This document shows, piece after piece, positions 38,210 through 47,601 of a DNA stretch of 56,195 bases (its first letter is position 1; every line of letters starts with the position of its first letter). A program made the position numbers and the translations under genes. The notes below the pieces were generated by a model that made no database searches, was not told the DNA's origin, and saw nothing but the letters and a program-made list of their open reading frames with translations. The stretch covers positions 1 through 56,195 of the forward strand of contig LJUI01000003.1 of NCBI GenBank assembly GCA_001303705.1, written 5' to 3'. The DNA comes from a candidate division TA06 bacterium SM23_40. GTDB taxonomy: Bacteria; LJUI01; SM1-40.

Positions 38210-39838
38210 TCACTCCTCGTAGATTCCGAACACCTGACGCAGCACATCGGTCATCTCGCCGAGCGTACAATACGCGTCGGCCGCCGCCACAAGAGACGGC
38301 ATCACATTCTCATCGCTCTCAGCAGCCTTCCGCAACGCGTCAAGGGTGCGATCCGCCAGTACATTGTCCCGCGTCCGCCTCAGTTCTTCCAGCTCCCGAA
38401 TCCGATGTGCGCGCACCTCAGGATCGACGCGCAGGAGGGCAATGTCTACTTTTTCCTCCGTCTCGAAGGCATTCAGACCGACGACGGTACGACGACCCTC
38501 CTCGATCTCCTGCTGCCTAGTATAGGCGCTCTCCTCGATCTCCTGTCGGAAGTACCCGCTCTCCACACACGCGACCGCTCCCCCCAGGCGCTCGACTTCC
38601 TCGAGGTAGCGCCCCGCCCTACCCTCGATCTCGTTGGTCAGCACCTCGATCGTGTACGATCCGGCCAACGGATCGACCGTCCGGGCCACTCCGCTCTCAT
38701 AGGCAATGATCTGCTGTGTCCTGAGCGCTATCGTTGCCGCTTTCTCCGTGGGAAGGCAGAGCGCCTCATCGAATGAGTTAGTATGAAGAGATTGCGTTCC
38801 CCCGAGCACCGCACTCAATGCCTGCAGGGCGACTCGCACGATGTTGTTTTCCGGCTGCGCAGCCGTGAGGGTCGAGCCAGCCGTCTGCGTGTGAAACCGG
38901 AGCATCTGAGCTCGTTCTTCCGTCGCACCAAACCTGTCGCGCATGATCGTGGCCCACAGACGGCGCGCCGCTCTGAACTTCGCAATCTCCTCGAAGAAGT
39001 CACTGTGGGCGTTGAAGAAGAACGAGACCCGCTCGCCGAACTCATCGACGTCGAGCCCACGAGCAATCGCCCCCTCCACATACGCGATCGCATTAGCCAA
39101 GGTGAATGCTACTTCCTGTACGGCAGTCGCACCCGCCTCGCGCATATGATACCCGCTTATGGAAATCGTATTCCATCTCGGAAGATAGTCGCGGCAGTAG
39201 GCGAAGATGTCCGTCACCAGACTCATCGAGGGAACGATCGGGAATATGTAGTTGCCCCGTGCTACGTATTCCTTGAGAATGTCGTTCTGGACCGTCCCCC
39301 GCAACGAGGCAACGGGCACACCCTGGCGCCTCGCCAGGGCGACATACATCGCCAGAATCGGAGCTGCCGTCGCATTGATTGTCATGGAGGTGCTCACGCC
39401 ATCCAGCGGTATCTCCTCAAAGAGCACTTCCATGTCGCGCAGCGAACTAACGGCCACACCGGTCCTACCTACCTCACCCGCTGCCATCTGGTGATCGGAG
39501 TCATACCCCAGCTGTGTAGGTAGGTCGAAAGCGACTGACAGACCGGTTTGGCCGTGGCTCAACAGGTAACGGTAGCGCCGGTTTGTCTCCTCAGCAGTGC
39601 CGAACCCCGCGTACTGGCGCATCGTCCAGAGCCGGCCGCGGTACATATCACCATAGATGCCTCGAACGAAGGGAAAGGCGCCGGGCTTCCCGAGATCGCG
39701 AGAGGCATCGAACCCGGCAAGATCATCCGGACCGTAGCAGGGCTCGACTGGGATGCCGGACGCCGTCTCATTCGTCACTGAATCTTTTCTTTTTCCGCGA
39801 GCCTTCCGGGGACTCGCCTCTTGCTTCTCGGATCCCAC
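38210..39838 (-). CDS. Methylmalonyl-CoA mutase, substrate-binding large subunit (no B12-binding domain)
   Basis: Motifs WTMRQYAGF, AFDLPTQ, QNDILKEYVARG, SISGYH, QSLHTN. Confidence 0.93.
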   Translation of the reverse strand: MGSEKQEASPRKARGKRKDSVTNETASGIPVEPCYGPDDLAGFDASRDLGKPGAFPFVRGIYGDMYRGRLWTMRQYAGFGTAEETNRRYRYLLSHGQTGLSVAFDLPTQLGYDSDHQMAAGEVGRTGVAVSSLRDMEVLFEEIPLDGVSTSMTINATAAPILAMYVALARRQGVPVASLRGTVQNDILKEYVARGNYIFPIVPSMSLVTDIFAYCRDYLPRWNTISISGYHMREAGATAVQEVAFTLANAIAYVEGAIARGLDVDEFGERVSFFFNAHSDFFEEIAKFRAARRLWATIMRDRFGATEERAQMLRFHTQTAGSTLTAAQPENNIVRVALQALSAVLGGTQSLHTNSFDEALCLPTEKAATIALRTQQIIAYESGVARTVDPLAGSYTIEVLTNEIEGRAGRYLEEVERLGGAVACVESGYFRQEIEESAYTRQQEIEEGRRTVVGLNAFETEEKVDIALLRVDPEVRAHRIRELEELRRTRDNVLADRTLDALRKAAESDENVMPSLVAAADAYCTLGEMTDVLRQVFGIYEE

Positions 39839-40063
39839 CTCGTCTCCTCCCTCCTTGCAGGCAGCTCTAACACGTCTCGCTCCGCCGTCGAAAGCAGCGG
39901 ACCGCAGACCTCGTCATTGGACAAGCCACCGCCCCATTGAGAGCCAGCGGACCGCCAGGACGCAGCCGCCGGTACGTCGCGCACTGGCTCCGCGCCGCGG
40001 TTCGGCCTCCCACCTCTGGCAGTACGAGACGAGAAGACAAGTACGACGTAGACAACGACGGGA

Positions 40064-40092
40064 AGTATAGTGTGGTTACGAGGGTTTGACAA
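40064..40092 (-). promoter_or_regulatory. sigma70-type promoter of the mutase operon
   Basis: Minus strand TTGTCA-17nt-TATACT. Confidence 0.65.
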
Positions 40093-40107
40093 GGAGAAAG
40101 TTAGCCA

Positions 40108-41433
40108 TTACGCCCTCACGACCCTTGCCACGCACTCGATATGATAGGTCTGCGGGAACATGTCAATCGGCTGGACAGCTTCTGTTCGGTACCCCGCCTC
40201 TGCGAGCCTGCCCAGATCGCGGGCCAGCGTGACTGGCTCGCATGAGACGTAGACGATCCGGCGTGGCCGGAGCGCCGCAATCGCACGCAGCGCCCCGGGA
40301 TCGCACCCTTTCCGCGGAGGATCGAGGACAATCACATCGCACCGGTCGAACCGCCCGAGCGCAGAGCCCGCATCTCCGAGATGGAAGCTGATGTTAGTGG
40401 CCCCGTTGAGGCGGACGTTCTTTCTCGCATCCTTCACCGCACTCGCCATATTCTCGACCCCCTCCACCCGGCGCGCCCGCTCCGCCATGAACAGCGAAAG
40501 CGTGCCGACACCGGCGTACACATCGATGACACGCTCGGTGCCGGTGAGCGCTGCCGCATCCACTGCCTCTCGACAGAGCACCTCGGTCTGCGTCGGATTC
40601 ACCTGAAAGAAGGACGACGAGGAAAGCCGATAAACGAACGGGCGAATGCGCTCGCTCACCCACGCCCGCCCAGATAGTGTCTTGTACTCAGGGCCGAGTA
40701 TCAGATTTGTCCTCTGTTTGTTCACATTCTGAACGATACTCACGAGCTCCGGTACATCCTCCCGGAGCTGACGCGCGAGCGCGACCATGGCGCGACGCGT
40801 CCTGCTCACGATCGTGAGCTGCGCCTGGGGCCAGGAGAAACTTGCCCTGATGACAAGATGTCTCACGATTCCCCGGTGGGTCGCCTCATCATAGATCGGT
40901 ATGTGGCGTCGCTCCAGCCGTCGCCTGGCGGCCTTCATCACCCCGTCCACCAGAGGATGCTGAATCGGGCAGGAGTCGATGTCAATCACCTCGTGCGACC
41001 CGCGGCGATAGTATCCCGCCGTAACCCTCGCACCCTTTGTACTTACAGGATGCTGGCCCTTGTTTCGGTATCGCCAGGGATCCTTCATCCCCATGACAGG
41101 GTGAACCGGTACATCCTCGAGGCCCCCGATTCTCGCCAGCGCCTCCTTAACGAGTTCCTGCTTCCAGCGGAGCTGCGCCCCGTATTCCAGCATCTGCCAC
41201 TGGCACCCACCACACTGCCCGAAGACGGGACAGGGAGACGCAACCCGCTCACCAGACGGCTCCAGTACATCAGCTACTGTGCCCTTTGCGTATCGGCGGT
41301 GACGCTCCCGGAGCTTCACCTTCACCCGTTCCCCCGGCACACCGCCCGCCACGAAGACTACGAGCTCGCCACACCGCCCGACCGCATCTCCCCCCTGGGC
41401 GAAGCGATGGAGACGAGCCTCGAGTTCCTCCAT
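40108..41433 (-). CDS. rlmD: 23S rRNA (uracil-5-)-methyltransferase RlmD
   Basis: TRAM domain, CPVFGQCGGC, SFFQVN, LDPPRKG, YVSC, DMFPQTYHIE. Confidence 0.93.
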   Translation of the reverse strand: MEELEARLHRFAQGGDAVGRCGELVVFVAGGVPGERVKVKLRERHRRYAKGTVADVLEPSGERVASPCPVFGQCGGCQWQMLEYGAQLRWKQELVKEALARIGGLEDVPVHPVMGMKDPWRYRNKGQHPVSTKGARVTAGYYRRGSHEVIDIDSCPIQHPLVDGVMKAARRRLERRHIPIYDEATHRGIVRHLVIRASFSWPQAQLTIVSRTRRAMVALARQLREDVPELVSIVQNVNKQRTNLILGPEYKTLSGRAWVSERIRPFVYRLSSSSFFQVNPTQTEVLCREAVDAAALTGTERVIDVYAGVGTLSLFMAERARRVEGVENMASAVKDARKNVRLNGATNISFHLGDAGSALGRFDRCDVIVLDPPRKGCDPGALRAIAALRPRRIVYVSCEPVTLARDLGRLAEAGYRTEAVQPIDMFPQTYHIECVARVVRA

Positions 41434-41469
41434 GTGCCTCACCTCAATGATTACTTGTGAAACAGCCGA

Positions 41470-42123
41470 TCACAAATTCCGGGGACAGACTGAACTCAGG
41501 ACGCACTGCTCACACCGCGGCTCACGCGCCAGACAGACTGTTCGCCCGTGGTCGACCAGAAGAACGTGAAAGGCGAATGCCCGCTCACGAGGCACTATCT
41601 GACGTAGAAGGCAGTACGCCTCGTCCCTCGACACGTTCCCATCGATCATGCCGAGGCGCCGCGACACGCGGAAGACATGCGTATCCACAGGAATGACGTG
41701 CCGCCCGAGCGCGAACAGGAGCACGCAGGCCGCCGTCTTGAGGCCGACGCCGGGGAACTTCGTCAGGTATTCGAGAGCTTCCTCATCGGAGAGGTCCCGC
41801 AGGAAGTCCAGGCCGACTTCGCCCCGCTCACGGTAGATCGCCCCGAGGATCGATTTAATCCTCGGGGCCTTTATGTCCGCGAGCCCGCCGCTCCGGATGG
41901 CCCGCGCGATCGTCGCCACCCGCGCCCGCCTGACGTCATCCCAGGAGGAGAAGGTCTTTCGCAACTCGTCGTATGCTCTCCCGCTGTTCACATCGCTCGT
42001 GTTCTGCGAGAGAATTGTCCCGATGAGGACCCCAACAGGATCACCCCGCGACCTCCATCTGCGCCGACCATATGCTCCTTCCAGAGCGTCGACTACCCGG
42101 ACCGCAAATCCACTTTCGCTCAT
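41470..42123 (-). CDS. nth: Endonuclease III family HhH-GPD DNA glycosylase
   Basis: Motifs ILSQNT, PGVGLKTA, VDTHV and the Fe-S motif CLAREPRCEQCVLSSVC. Confidence 0.85.
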   Translation of the reverse strand: MSESGFAVRVVDALEGAYGRRRWRSRGDPVGVLIGTILSQNTSDVNSGRAYDELRKTFSSWDDVRRARVATIARAIRSGGLADIKAPRIKSILGAIYRERGEVGLDFLRDLSDEEALEYLTKFPGVGLKTAACVLLFALGRHVIPVDTHVFRVSRRLGMIDGNVSRDEAYCLLRQIVPRERAFAFHVLLVDHGRTVCLAREPRCEQCVLSSVCPRNL

Positions 42124-42212
42124 CGCCTAACGCAGATCACACGAATCCCGTATGCACTCCCGATGCATGCCTGCGCACCGCCGGGGAGCGCCGCTATCTC
42201 AGGACAATGCCA

Positions 42213-43172
42213 CTACAGATCGAGCCGGAGTTGCTGGTGGGATACAACATGCTCAGCCTGAAAGCCTTCGGAGCGCAGGATGCCGGCGAACTCCTTCGGC
42301 CCGTGCGTAGTGTAGATCATCGAAGGCTTCGCCCGCTTCACATATTCGAGCAGATCGTAGAAATCGGCATGGTCGGAGAAAGCGATCGCCTCGTCCACGG
42401 CCGACATGAACTCAGATCGGCCGTCGATAGCCCACCCGGTGAGGAAGACGGTCCGCAGCCTCCGGATCGGCTTCAGTCGATCCCGAACCCGGCCGAACGG
42501 AGTCGAAATCACCACCTGGCCGCGCACCCCATCATCGGTCAGCAGTGCGTACGGCCCGAACTCAACGCCGAACTGCTCATATATCCGGGCGATGTCATAG
42601 ACGGACCGATCGACGGCGAGTTCATACCCATAGTCACCGATGATCTTCATCGCCTCCTGAGCCTTGCCCAGGGAATAGGCGAAGACGACAGGGGTGACGC
42701 CACGCCTGAGATTCCCCCGGACGAATCCTTCCAGCCGGTCACAGATCTCGTCGCGCGTGGGAAAGCGGTAACGGGGATGCCCATACGTGCATTCCATGAT
42801 CAGGAGGTCGCACTGCTTGATCTCGATCGGTTCGGCCGTCTCGCTCTGGCGCAGCTTGAAATCACCAGTATAGACAGTGCGCGTGCGCCCCTCGATCAGT
42901 ATCTGCGACGATCCGAGCACATGACCCGCGGAAAAGAGAGTCACTGCGACCTCACCCACCCCAAGCCGCTCATTGAACGCAACAGTGACTGCCTCGACAC
43001 GCCCCCGCCGATGTCGGTACAACTCTACAGTCGGCGCCGTGGCAAGTATCTTCTTGTGCTTGGCTGCATGATCGAGATGGCTATGGGAGATGAAGCAGAA
43101 GTCTTTCCTCCGGCGGGAGTCGAGCCAGAGATCCGTTCCCTTCACTCTGAGATCGCGGGCAATCTCAACCAA
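42213..43172 (-). CDS. MBL/beta-CASP-like nuclease
   Basis: Motifs ISHSHLDH, AGHVLGS, YTGDF, ECTYG, YSLGKAQ, FSDHAD, THG. Probable TTG start at 43172; the ORF extension upstream runs through a DNA repeat. Confidence 0.85.
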   Translation of the reverse strand: MVEIARDLRVKGTDLWLDSRRRKDFCFISHSHLDHAAKHKKILATAPTVELYRHRRGRVEAVTVAFNERLGVGEVAVTLFSAGHVLGSSQILIEGRTRTVYTGDFKLRQSETAEPIEIKQCDLLIMECTYGHPRYRFPTRDEICDRLEGFVRGNLRRGVTPVVFAYSLGKAQEAMKIIGDYGYELAVDRSVYDIARIYEQFGVEFGPYALLTDDGVRGQVVISTPFGRVRDRLKPIRRLRTVFLTGWAIDGRSEFMSAVDEAIAFSDHADFYDLLEYVKRAKPSMIYTTHGPKEFAGILRSEGFQAEHVVSHQQLRLDL

Positions 43173-43178
43173 AATCCA

Positions 43179-43351
43179 CCCCCGGGGACGTTGGTAGGTT
43201 CTGTAGGCTACCGGGGACGCACCTAGGTTTTGAAGGTTATTCGCATCCTCCAGGCGCAAAACATCAGCAGACGCGCCCCCGGGGACGTTCGTAGGTTCAG
43301 TAGGTTACCGGAGACGTACCCAGGTTTTGAAGGTCATTCGCATCCCCCCAG
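43179..43351. repeat. Two diverged ~75-nt direct repeats, 97-nt period
   Basis: 43179-43253 versus 43276-43351; about 8 differences by manual alignment. Confidence 0.85.
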
Positions 43352-43469
43352 TGCAACGCGCCAAGAGCGGCACCCAGCGGACAACTATGTCTCGCGCGGC
43401 CTGGAATAGAAAACGGCATCCACCCACACGAGCAGACGCATATACAGCCCGACACCCTCACCGCCTGAC

Positions 43470-43736
43470 TCAACGTTCCCCCTCTTCTTCCTCCTCCTCC
43501 TTCTGTTCCACCTTTCTCTTGTATCCGTCGAGGCTATGGGTGAGGCATCCGATAAGTTCACTCGCCACCCTGATGATCTGATTATCATCGAACTGGTGGC
43601 GTCTCAGCTCCCTGTAGAACGCTCTGGCGATGCTTTCTGCAATCCGCGCTGGATGCGTGCTCGCCGTCTCAAGATTCAGGTCGAGTACGAGCCTCGGGCC
43701 GCCGGCCTCTGAGGATGGACGTGTTTCATCCCCCAT
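43470..43736 (-). CDS. Small hypothetical protein (88 aa, acidic tail)
   Basis: ATG 43736 follows GGAGG; helical core IARAFYRELRRHQFDDNQIIRVASELIG; has its own promoter. Confidence 0.65.
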   Translation of the reverse strand: MGDETRPSSEAGGPRLVLDLNLETASTHPARIAESIARAFYRELRRHQFDDNQIIRVASELIGCLTHSLDGYKRKVEQKEEEEEEGER

Positions 43737-43794
43737 GGATCCCTCCATCAATAGAATCTGAACTCTCTCCACGCATCCAATGATCGCCGCTGTC

Positions 43795-43865
43795 ACTATA
43801 CTCCACCGCCGTTCCAGCGTCAAGGAGAACTTTGACTTGACCATGCACACCTCACCGCCTAGAAT
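43795..43865. promoter_or_regulatory. Back-to-back divergent sigma70-type promoters
   Basis: Minus: TTGACG-17nt-TATAGT (43823-43795). Plus: TTGACC-17nt-TAGAAT (43837-43865). Confidence 0.65.
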
Positions 43866-44018
43866 CGTCCTCCGGGAATCTACGAGAGGCTCTTGCAGAA
43901 CATGCTGGGGTTCTGGTCGGGTACACGAGAAGTTCCGTCGGTGCCCTCGCAACTCTCGATGCAGAATAACCGGATACCGCAGCCACCTCAGGAGCGAGCA
44001 TCAGCTGTGTTCAAGGAC

Positions 44019-44564
44019 ATGTACATCGAAACAGAACGGCTCGTAATACGCCCATTCACAATGGATGATCTCCATGACCTGCATGCGATCGTGAGCCAGG
44101 ACGAAGTCATGGAGTATCTCCCAGATGATCCAATGACCTTGGCAGAGACCGAGAGAACTCTCTCCTGGATCATCGACTCCTACGACAGGAACCGGCCGCG
44201 GAAAATCATTAAGTATACCGTGGCCGTGATCCTCAAAGAAAGCGGCGAACTCATCGGTTGGTGCGGGCTCGGGCCGCTCGACTTCGATCCATCCCAGATC
44301 GAGCTATACTACGGACTGAGAAAGCAGTCTTGGGGAGGAGGAGTCGCAACGGAAGCGGCCCGGGCGTTGGCAGAATATGGTTTCCATACTGTCAGTCTGG
44401 ACAGAATCGTCGGAGTGGTACCGCCTGCGAACGTTGCATCAAAACGGGTGCTAGAGAAGATCGGGATGATCTATAGGATGCGAGTCGCCGGCCTGCCGCC
44501 CGACCACAGCGCGTACGAAGGTCTTCTCTACTTCTCATTGACCGCCGAACAGATCGACAGGTGA
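44019..44564 (+). CDS. RimJ/RimL family GNAT acetyltransferase
   Basis: Motifs IETERLVIRPF, IGWCGL, WGGGVATEA, NVASKRVLEKIG. Confidence 0.88.
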   Translation: MYIETERLVIRPFTMDDLHDLHAIVSQDEVMEYLPDDPMTLAETERTLSWIIDSYDRNRPRKIIKYTVAVILKESGELIGWCGLGPLDFDPSQIELYYGLRKQSWGGGVATEAARALAEYGFHTVSLDRIVGVVPPANVASKRVLEKIGMIYRMRVAGLPPDHSAYEGLLYFSLTAEQIDR

Positions 44565-44568
44565 AGTA

Positions 44569-45600
44569 GTGGGCCGCGAGTCATCGAGGAACGAACGTCA
44601 AAACGATGTCATTGAACTGCACGAGGCACCGGCCATTCCTGGACTCCGATTTCGCCGCTTTCGCGGCGAAATCGACTATCCCGCTATGGCCGCAGTTTTC
44701 AATGGATGCAAGGAAGTCGACGAACTCGAGCATACGGAATCGGCAGATGAGATCGCCATCACCTACCGGCATCTCGTGAACAGCGATCCCTATCTAGATA
44801 TGATCTTCGCGGAGATGCCAGGGGCCGTCATCGGCTACGGCCGCGTCTGGTGGGAACAGAAGACGGACGGTTCGAGAAGCTACTGCCAGTTTGCTCTTCT
44901 CCTGCCGGAGTGGCGGAAACGGGGTATCCGCCGCGCCATGCTACGCCATAATGAACAGCGGCTCCGACAGATCGCGGCGACCCACCCCACCGATAGCCCT
45001 CAGTTCCTCGACGCCTGGGCCGGGCAGGCTGAGTCTGACTGGGAATCTCTCCTGCTCGAGACAGGGTACAAGCCGATTCGGTACTCTTTTCAGATGGTAC
45101 GCCCCGCTCTGGAGGATATCCCGGACCTGTCCATTCCTGAGGGCCTGAAGATCCGACCCACCCGGCCGGACGATTACCGAGCGATCTGGAACGCCGCACG
45201 TGAGGCCTTCCAGAACCACTGGGGCGCCTCCGAGTGGCGCGAAGAGACATTCCAGCAGTGGCAAGAGCAACCCACATTCAATCCGAAACTGTGGCAGGTG
45301 GCGTGGGATGGAGATGAAGTGGCCGGAATGGTCCTGAACTTTATCAACGAGAGGGAGAACGAGGAATATAAGCGCAAGCGAGGGTATACGGAGACGATCT
45401 GCGTGCGCCGGCCATGGCGACGGCAAGGGCTTGCCCGCGCTCTTCTCGCCCGAAGCTTGAGAGTCCTCAAAGAGGAGGGAATGACCGAGGCCGCGTTGAG
45501 TGTGGACGCGGAAAACATCAGCGGAGCAGTCCGGCTATATGAAGGCTTAGGGTATGAGGTTGTGAAGCGTTATACGAGGTACCGCAAGTCACTCGATTGA
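44569..45600 (+). CDS. Tandem-domain GNAT acetyltransferase (MshD-like architecture)
   Basis: Two acetyl-CoA motifs (PEWRKRGI and RPWRRQGLA) and LSVDAENISGAVRLYEGLGY. Confidence 0.85.
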   Translation: MGRESSRNERQNDVIELHEAPAIPGLRFRRFRGEIDYPAMAAVFNGCKEVDELEHTESADEIAITYRHLVNSDPYLDMIFAEMPGAVIGYGRVWWEQKTDGSRSYCQFALLLPEWRKRGIRRAMLRHNEQRLRQIAATHPTDSPQFLDAWAGQAESDWESLLLETGYKPIRYSFQMVRPALEDIPDLSIPEGLKIRPTRPDDYRAIWNAAREAFQNHWGASEWREETFQQWQEQPTFNPKLWQVAWDGDEVAGMVLNFINERENEEYKRKRGYTETICVRRPWRRQGLARALLARSLRVLKEEGMTEAALSVDAENISGAVRLYEGLGYEVVKRYTRYRKSLD

Positions 45601-45888
45601 CGTCCGCAGCTCCGCGCCTTCGATCATGCGGAAGGCCCTCGCCGTTGCATCTGCGCAACTCATGGACAGTGTTTCTCGCTTCACCGACATGGAAGTGCCT
45701 GCGCGGCACCTCTCACGGAGCCAGCAACTCTGAGGACAGCCGCCGCTACCGCCTTCACCATCCCTGATCCGTCCTGACCGTCTCGGGACATCCTCACCGT
45801 CTCGCGACGCCCTCGCCGTCCGGAGACACCCTCACGGCCCTGGGATGCCCAGACCGGCCTTGGGGCCCCCGCGCGCTGGAGGCAGTAG

Positions 45889-46623
45889 ATGCCGCGCCAC
45901 ATCGATCGACAGACCGGCACCTCGGTGCGAGAGATCCGGAAAAGACTGCGGGTCCTCCGAGACAGAGAGAAGGCAAAGATCCTCAAGCGTTTCTTCAAGA
46001 CAGGTCCAGGCGAGTATGGCGAGGACGACGTCTTCCTGGGGATCAAGGTCCCCCAGCTCAGGCGGCTGGCGAAGGAGTATGCCGGCATACCGCTCAAGGA
46101 GATCGAGCGACTGCTCCGCTCTCCCATCCACGAGGAGAGGCTACTTGCACTCTTGCTACTCGTCCGCACCTATGCGGAAGCTGCCGAGCCCGGGAAAGAG
46201 AAGATCTACAGACTGTATCTCAGGAACACTCGCTCCATAAACAACTGGGATCTGGTCGATACATCAGCAGAGCATATCGTCGGTGCCTTTCTGATGGACA
46301 AGAACAAGAGACCGCTATACGATCTCGCGAAGTCGAGCGATCTCTGGGAACGCCGGATCTCCATAATGTCCACATTCCACTTCATCAAGCACGGAGAGTT
46401 CTCTCACACGCTCACGATTGCCGGGATATTGCTCTCAGATGAACAAGACCTGATCCACAAGGCTGTGGGCTGGATGCTCCGTGAGGTCGGCAAGCGCCAT
46501 CTGGCAACGGAAGAGAAATTCCTCGACAAGCACTATCGCATGATGCCGCGCACTATGCTACGGTACGCGATCGAGCGATTCCCGGAGCGCAAGAGGCAGC
46601 GCTATCTCAAGGGGCTTATCTGA
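45889..46623 (+). CDS. DNA alkylation repair protein (AlkD-like)
   Basis: Motifs FFKTGPGEYGE, NNWDLVD, WERR, KAVGWMLRE, RYAIE. Confidence 0.9.
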   Translation: MPRHIDRQTGTSVREIRKRLRVLRDREKAKILKRFFKTGPGEYGEDDVFLGIKVPQLRRLAKEYAGIPLKEIERLLRSPIHEERLLALLLLVRTYAEAAEPGKEKIYRLYLRNTRSINNWDLVDTSAEHIVGAFLMDKNKRPLYDLAKSSDLWERRISIMSTFHFIKHGEFSHTLTIAGILLSDEQDLIHKAVGWMLREVGKRHLATEEKFLDKHYRMMPRTMLRYAIERFPERKRQRYLKGLI

Positions 46624-46703
46624 TCTCAGCCCAGAGAAGGTCAGGCTCCTCGGCGGGAGCTGGTCGCGTGCTGCGGAGGAGCCCCCGCACCGCGCTGGGG
46701 CCT

Positions 46704-46811
46704 CATGCCGCGCCGGCGTCGCGTGCCGCGGCGGCATCGCATGCCGTGCCCGGGTCGCATGCCGCGCCCGGGTCGCATGCCGCGCTGGGGTAGCGTACGG
46801 CGGCCGGGCCG
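46704..46811. repeat. 18-nt GC-rich tandem repeat, 5-6 copies (consensus CATGCCGCGCCCGGGTCG)
   Basis: Units start at 46704, 46722, 46740, 46758, 46776 and (degenerate) 46794. Confidence 0.8.
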
Positions 46812-46914
46812 CACTCCTGTGCCACGAGCCGTACGTGGCACGGTCCTCTACCGAGACCACACGACATGTGTGTTGACATCACGCCATCCATCCGGCGCCA
46901 ATGAGGTCACAGCG

Positions 46915-47508
46915 ATGCCACGCGACAAATGCAACCTCGGAGATCTGGAATTCCATCCGTTGACACCCGACCGATGGCCTGACTTCGAAACGCTCTTTGG
47001 AAAACGAGGCGCCTGCGGGGGCTGCTGGTGCATGTGGTGGAGAACTACGCGCTCCCGATTCGAGCAGCAGAAAGGTGAGGGCAATCGGACCGCAATGAGA
47101 GCCATAGTCGATTCAGGCGAGGTACCCGGCATTATCGCCTATACTCAGGGTGTGCCGATCGGATGGTGTTCCGTTGCCCCTCGCGATAGCTTTCCGGCCC
47201 TGGACCGCTCCCGAATTCTGAAATGTATCGACGAGACACCGGTATGGTCCCTCGTCTGCTTCTTCATCAAGAAGGACTATCGTAACAGAGGACTGAGCCT
47301 CCGGCTGATCGAAGCGGCCATCGAGTACGTCAGAAAGAAAGGCGGCAAGGTACTGGAAGCCTATCCTGTCGAGCCCAAAAAGCCGCGCACGGCTCCCGCC
47401 TTTGCCTGGACCGGACTCGCTTCCGCCTTCCGGAAGACGGGTTTTGTCGAATGCATCCGCCGGTCGGAAACCAGACCTATCATGAGATACTCCATCCCCG
47501 AAGACTGA
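46915..47508 (+). CDS. GNAT acetyltransferase with N-terminal CGGCWC motif
   Basis: Motifs LTPDRWPDFETLF, CGGCWCMWW, GWC, CFFIKKDYRNRG, EAYP; ATG 46915 follows GAGGT. Confidence 0.85.
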   Translation: MPRDKCNLGDLEFHPLTPDRWPDFETLFGKRGACGGCWCMWWRTTRSRFEQQKGEGNRTAMRAIVDSGEVPGIIAYTQGVPIGWCSVAPRDSFPALDRSRILKCIDETPVWSLVCFFIKKDYRNRGLSLRLIEAAIEYVRKKGGKVLEAYPVEPKKPRTAPAFAWTGLASAFRKTGFVECIRRSETRPIMRYSIPED

Positions 47509-47601
47509 GGATTCATCGGCACGCAGCTGGCATCCCGAAGCATCTGCTCCATTGAGGTCATCTGACGCTGCACGCCCAAACCCACAGGTGATCTGAAACC
47601 T

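Noticed and set aside
39840-40057. Cobalamin riboswitch before the mutase
   Set aside because: The conserved GGGAA and GCCACUG (B12 box) arrangement was not found by eye.
36855-46811. CRISPR arrays at the 16-nt, 75-nt and 18-nt repeats
   Set aside because: Repeat and spacer sizes do not fit, there are no unique ~30-40 nt spacers in series, and no cas genes are present.
46705-46914. N-terminal (MPRPGR)n extension of the GNAT protein
   Set aside because: It is a translation of the 18-nt DNA repeat; the SD and the domain start fit ATG 46915.
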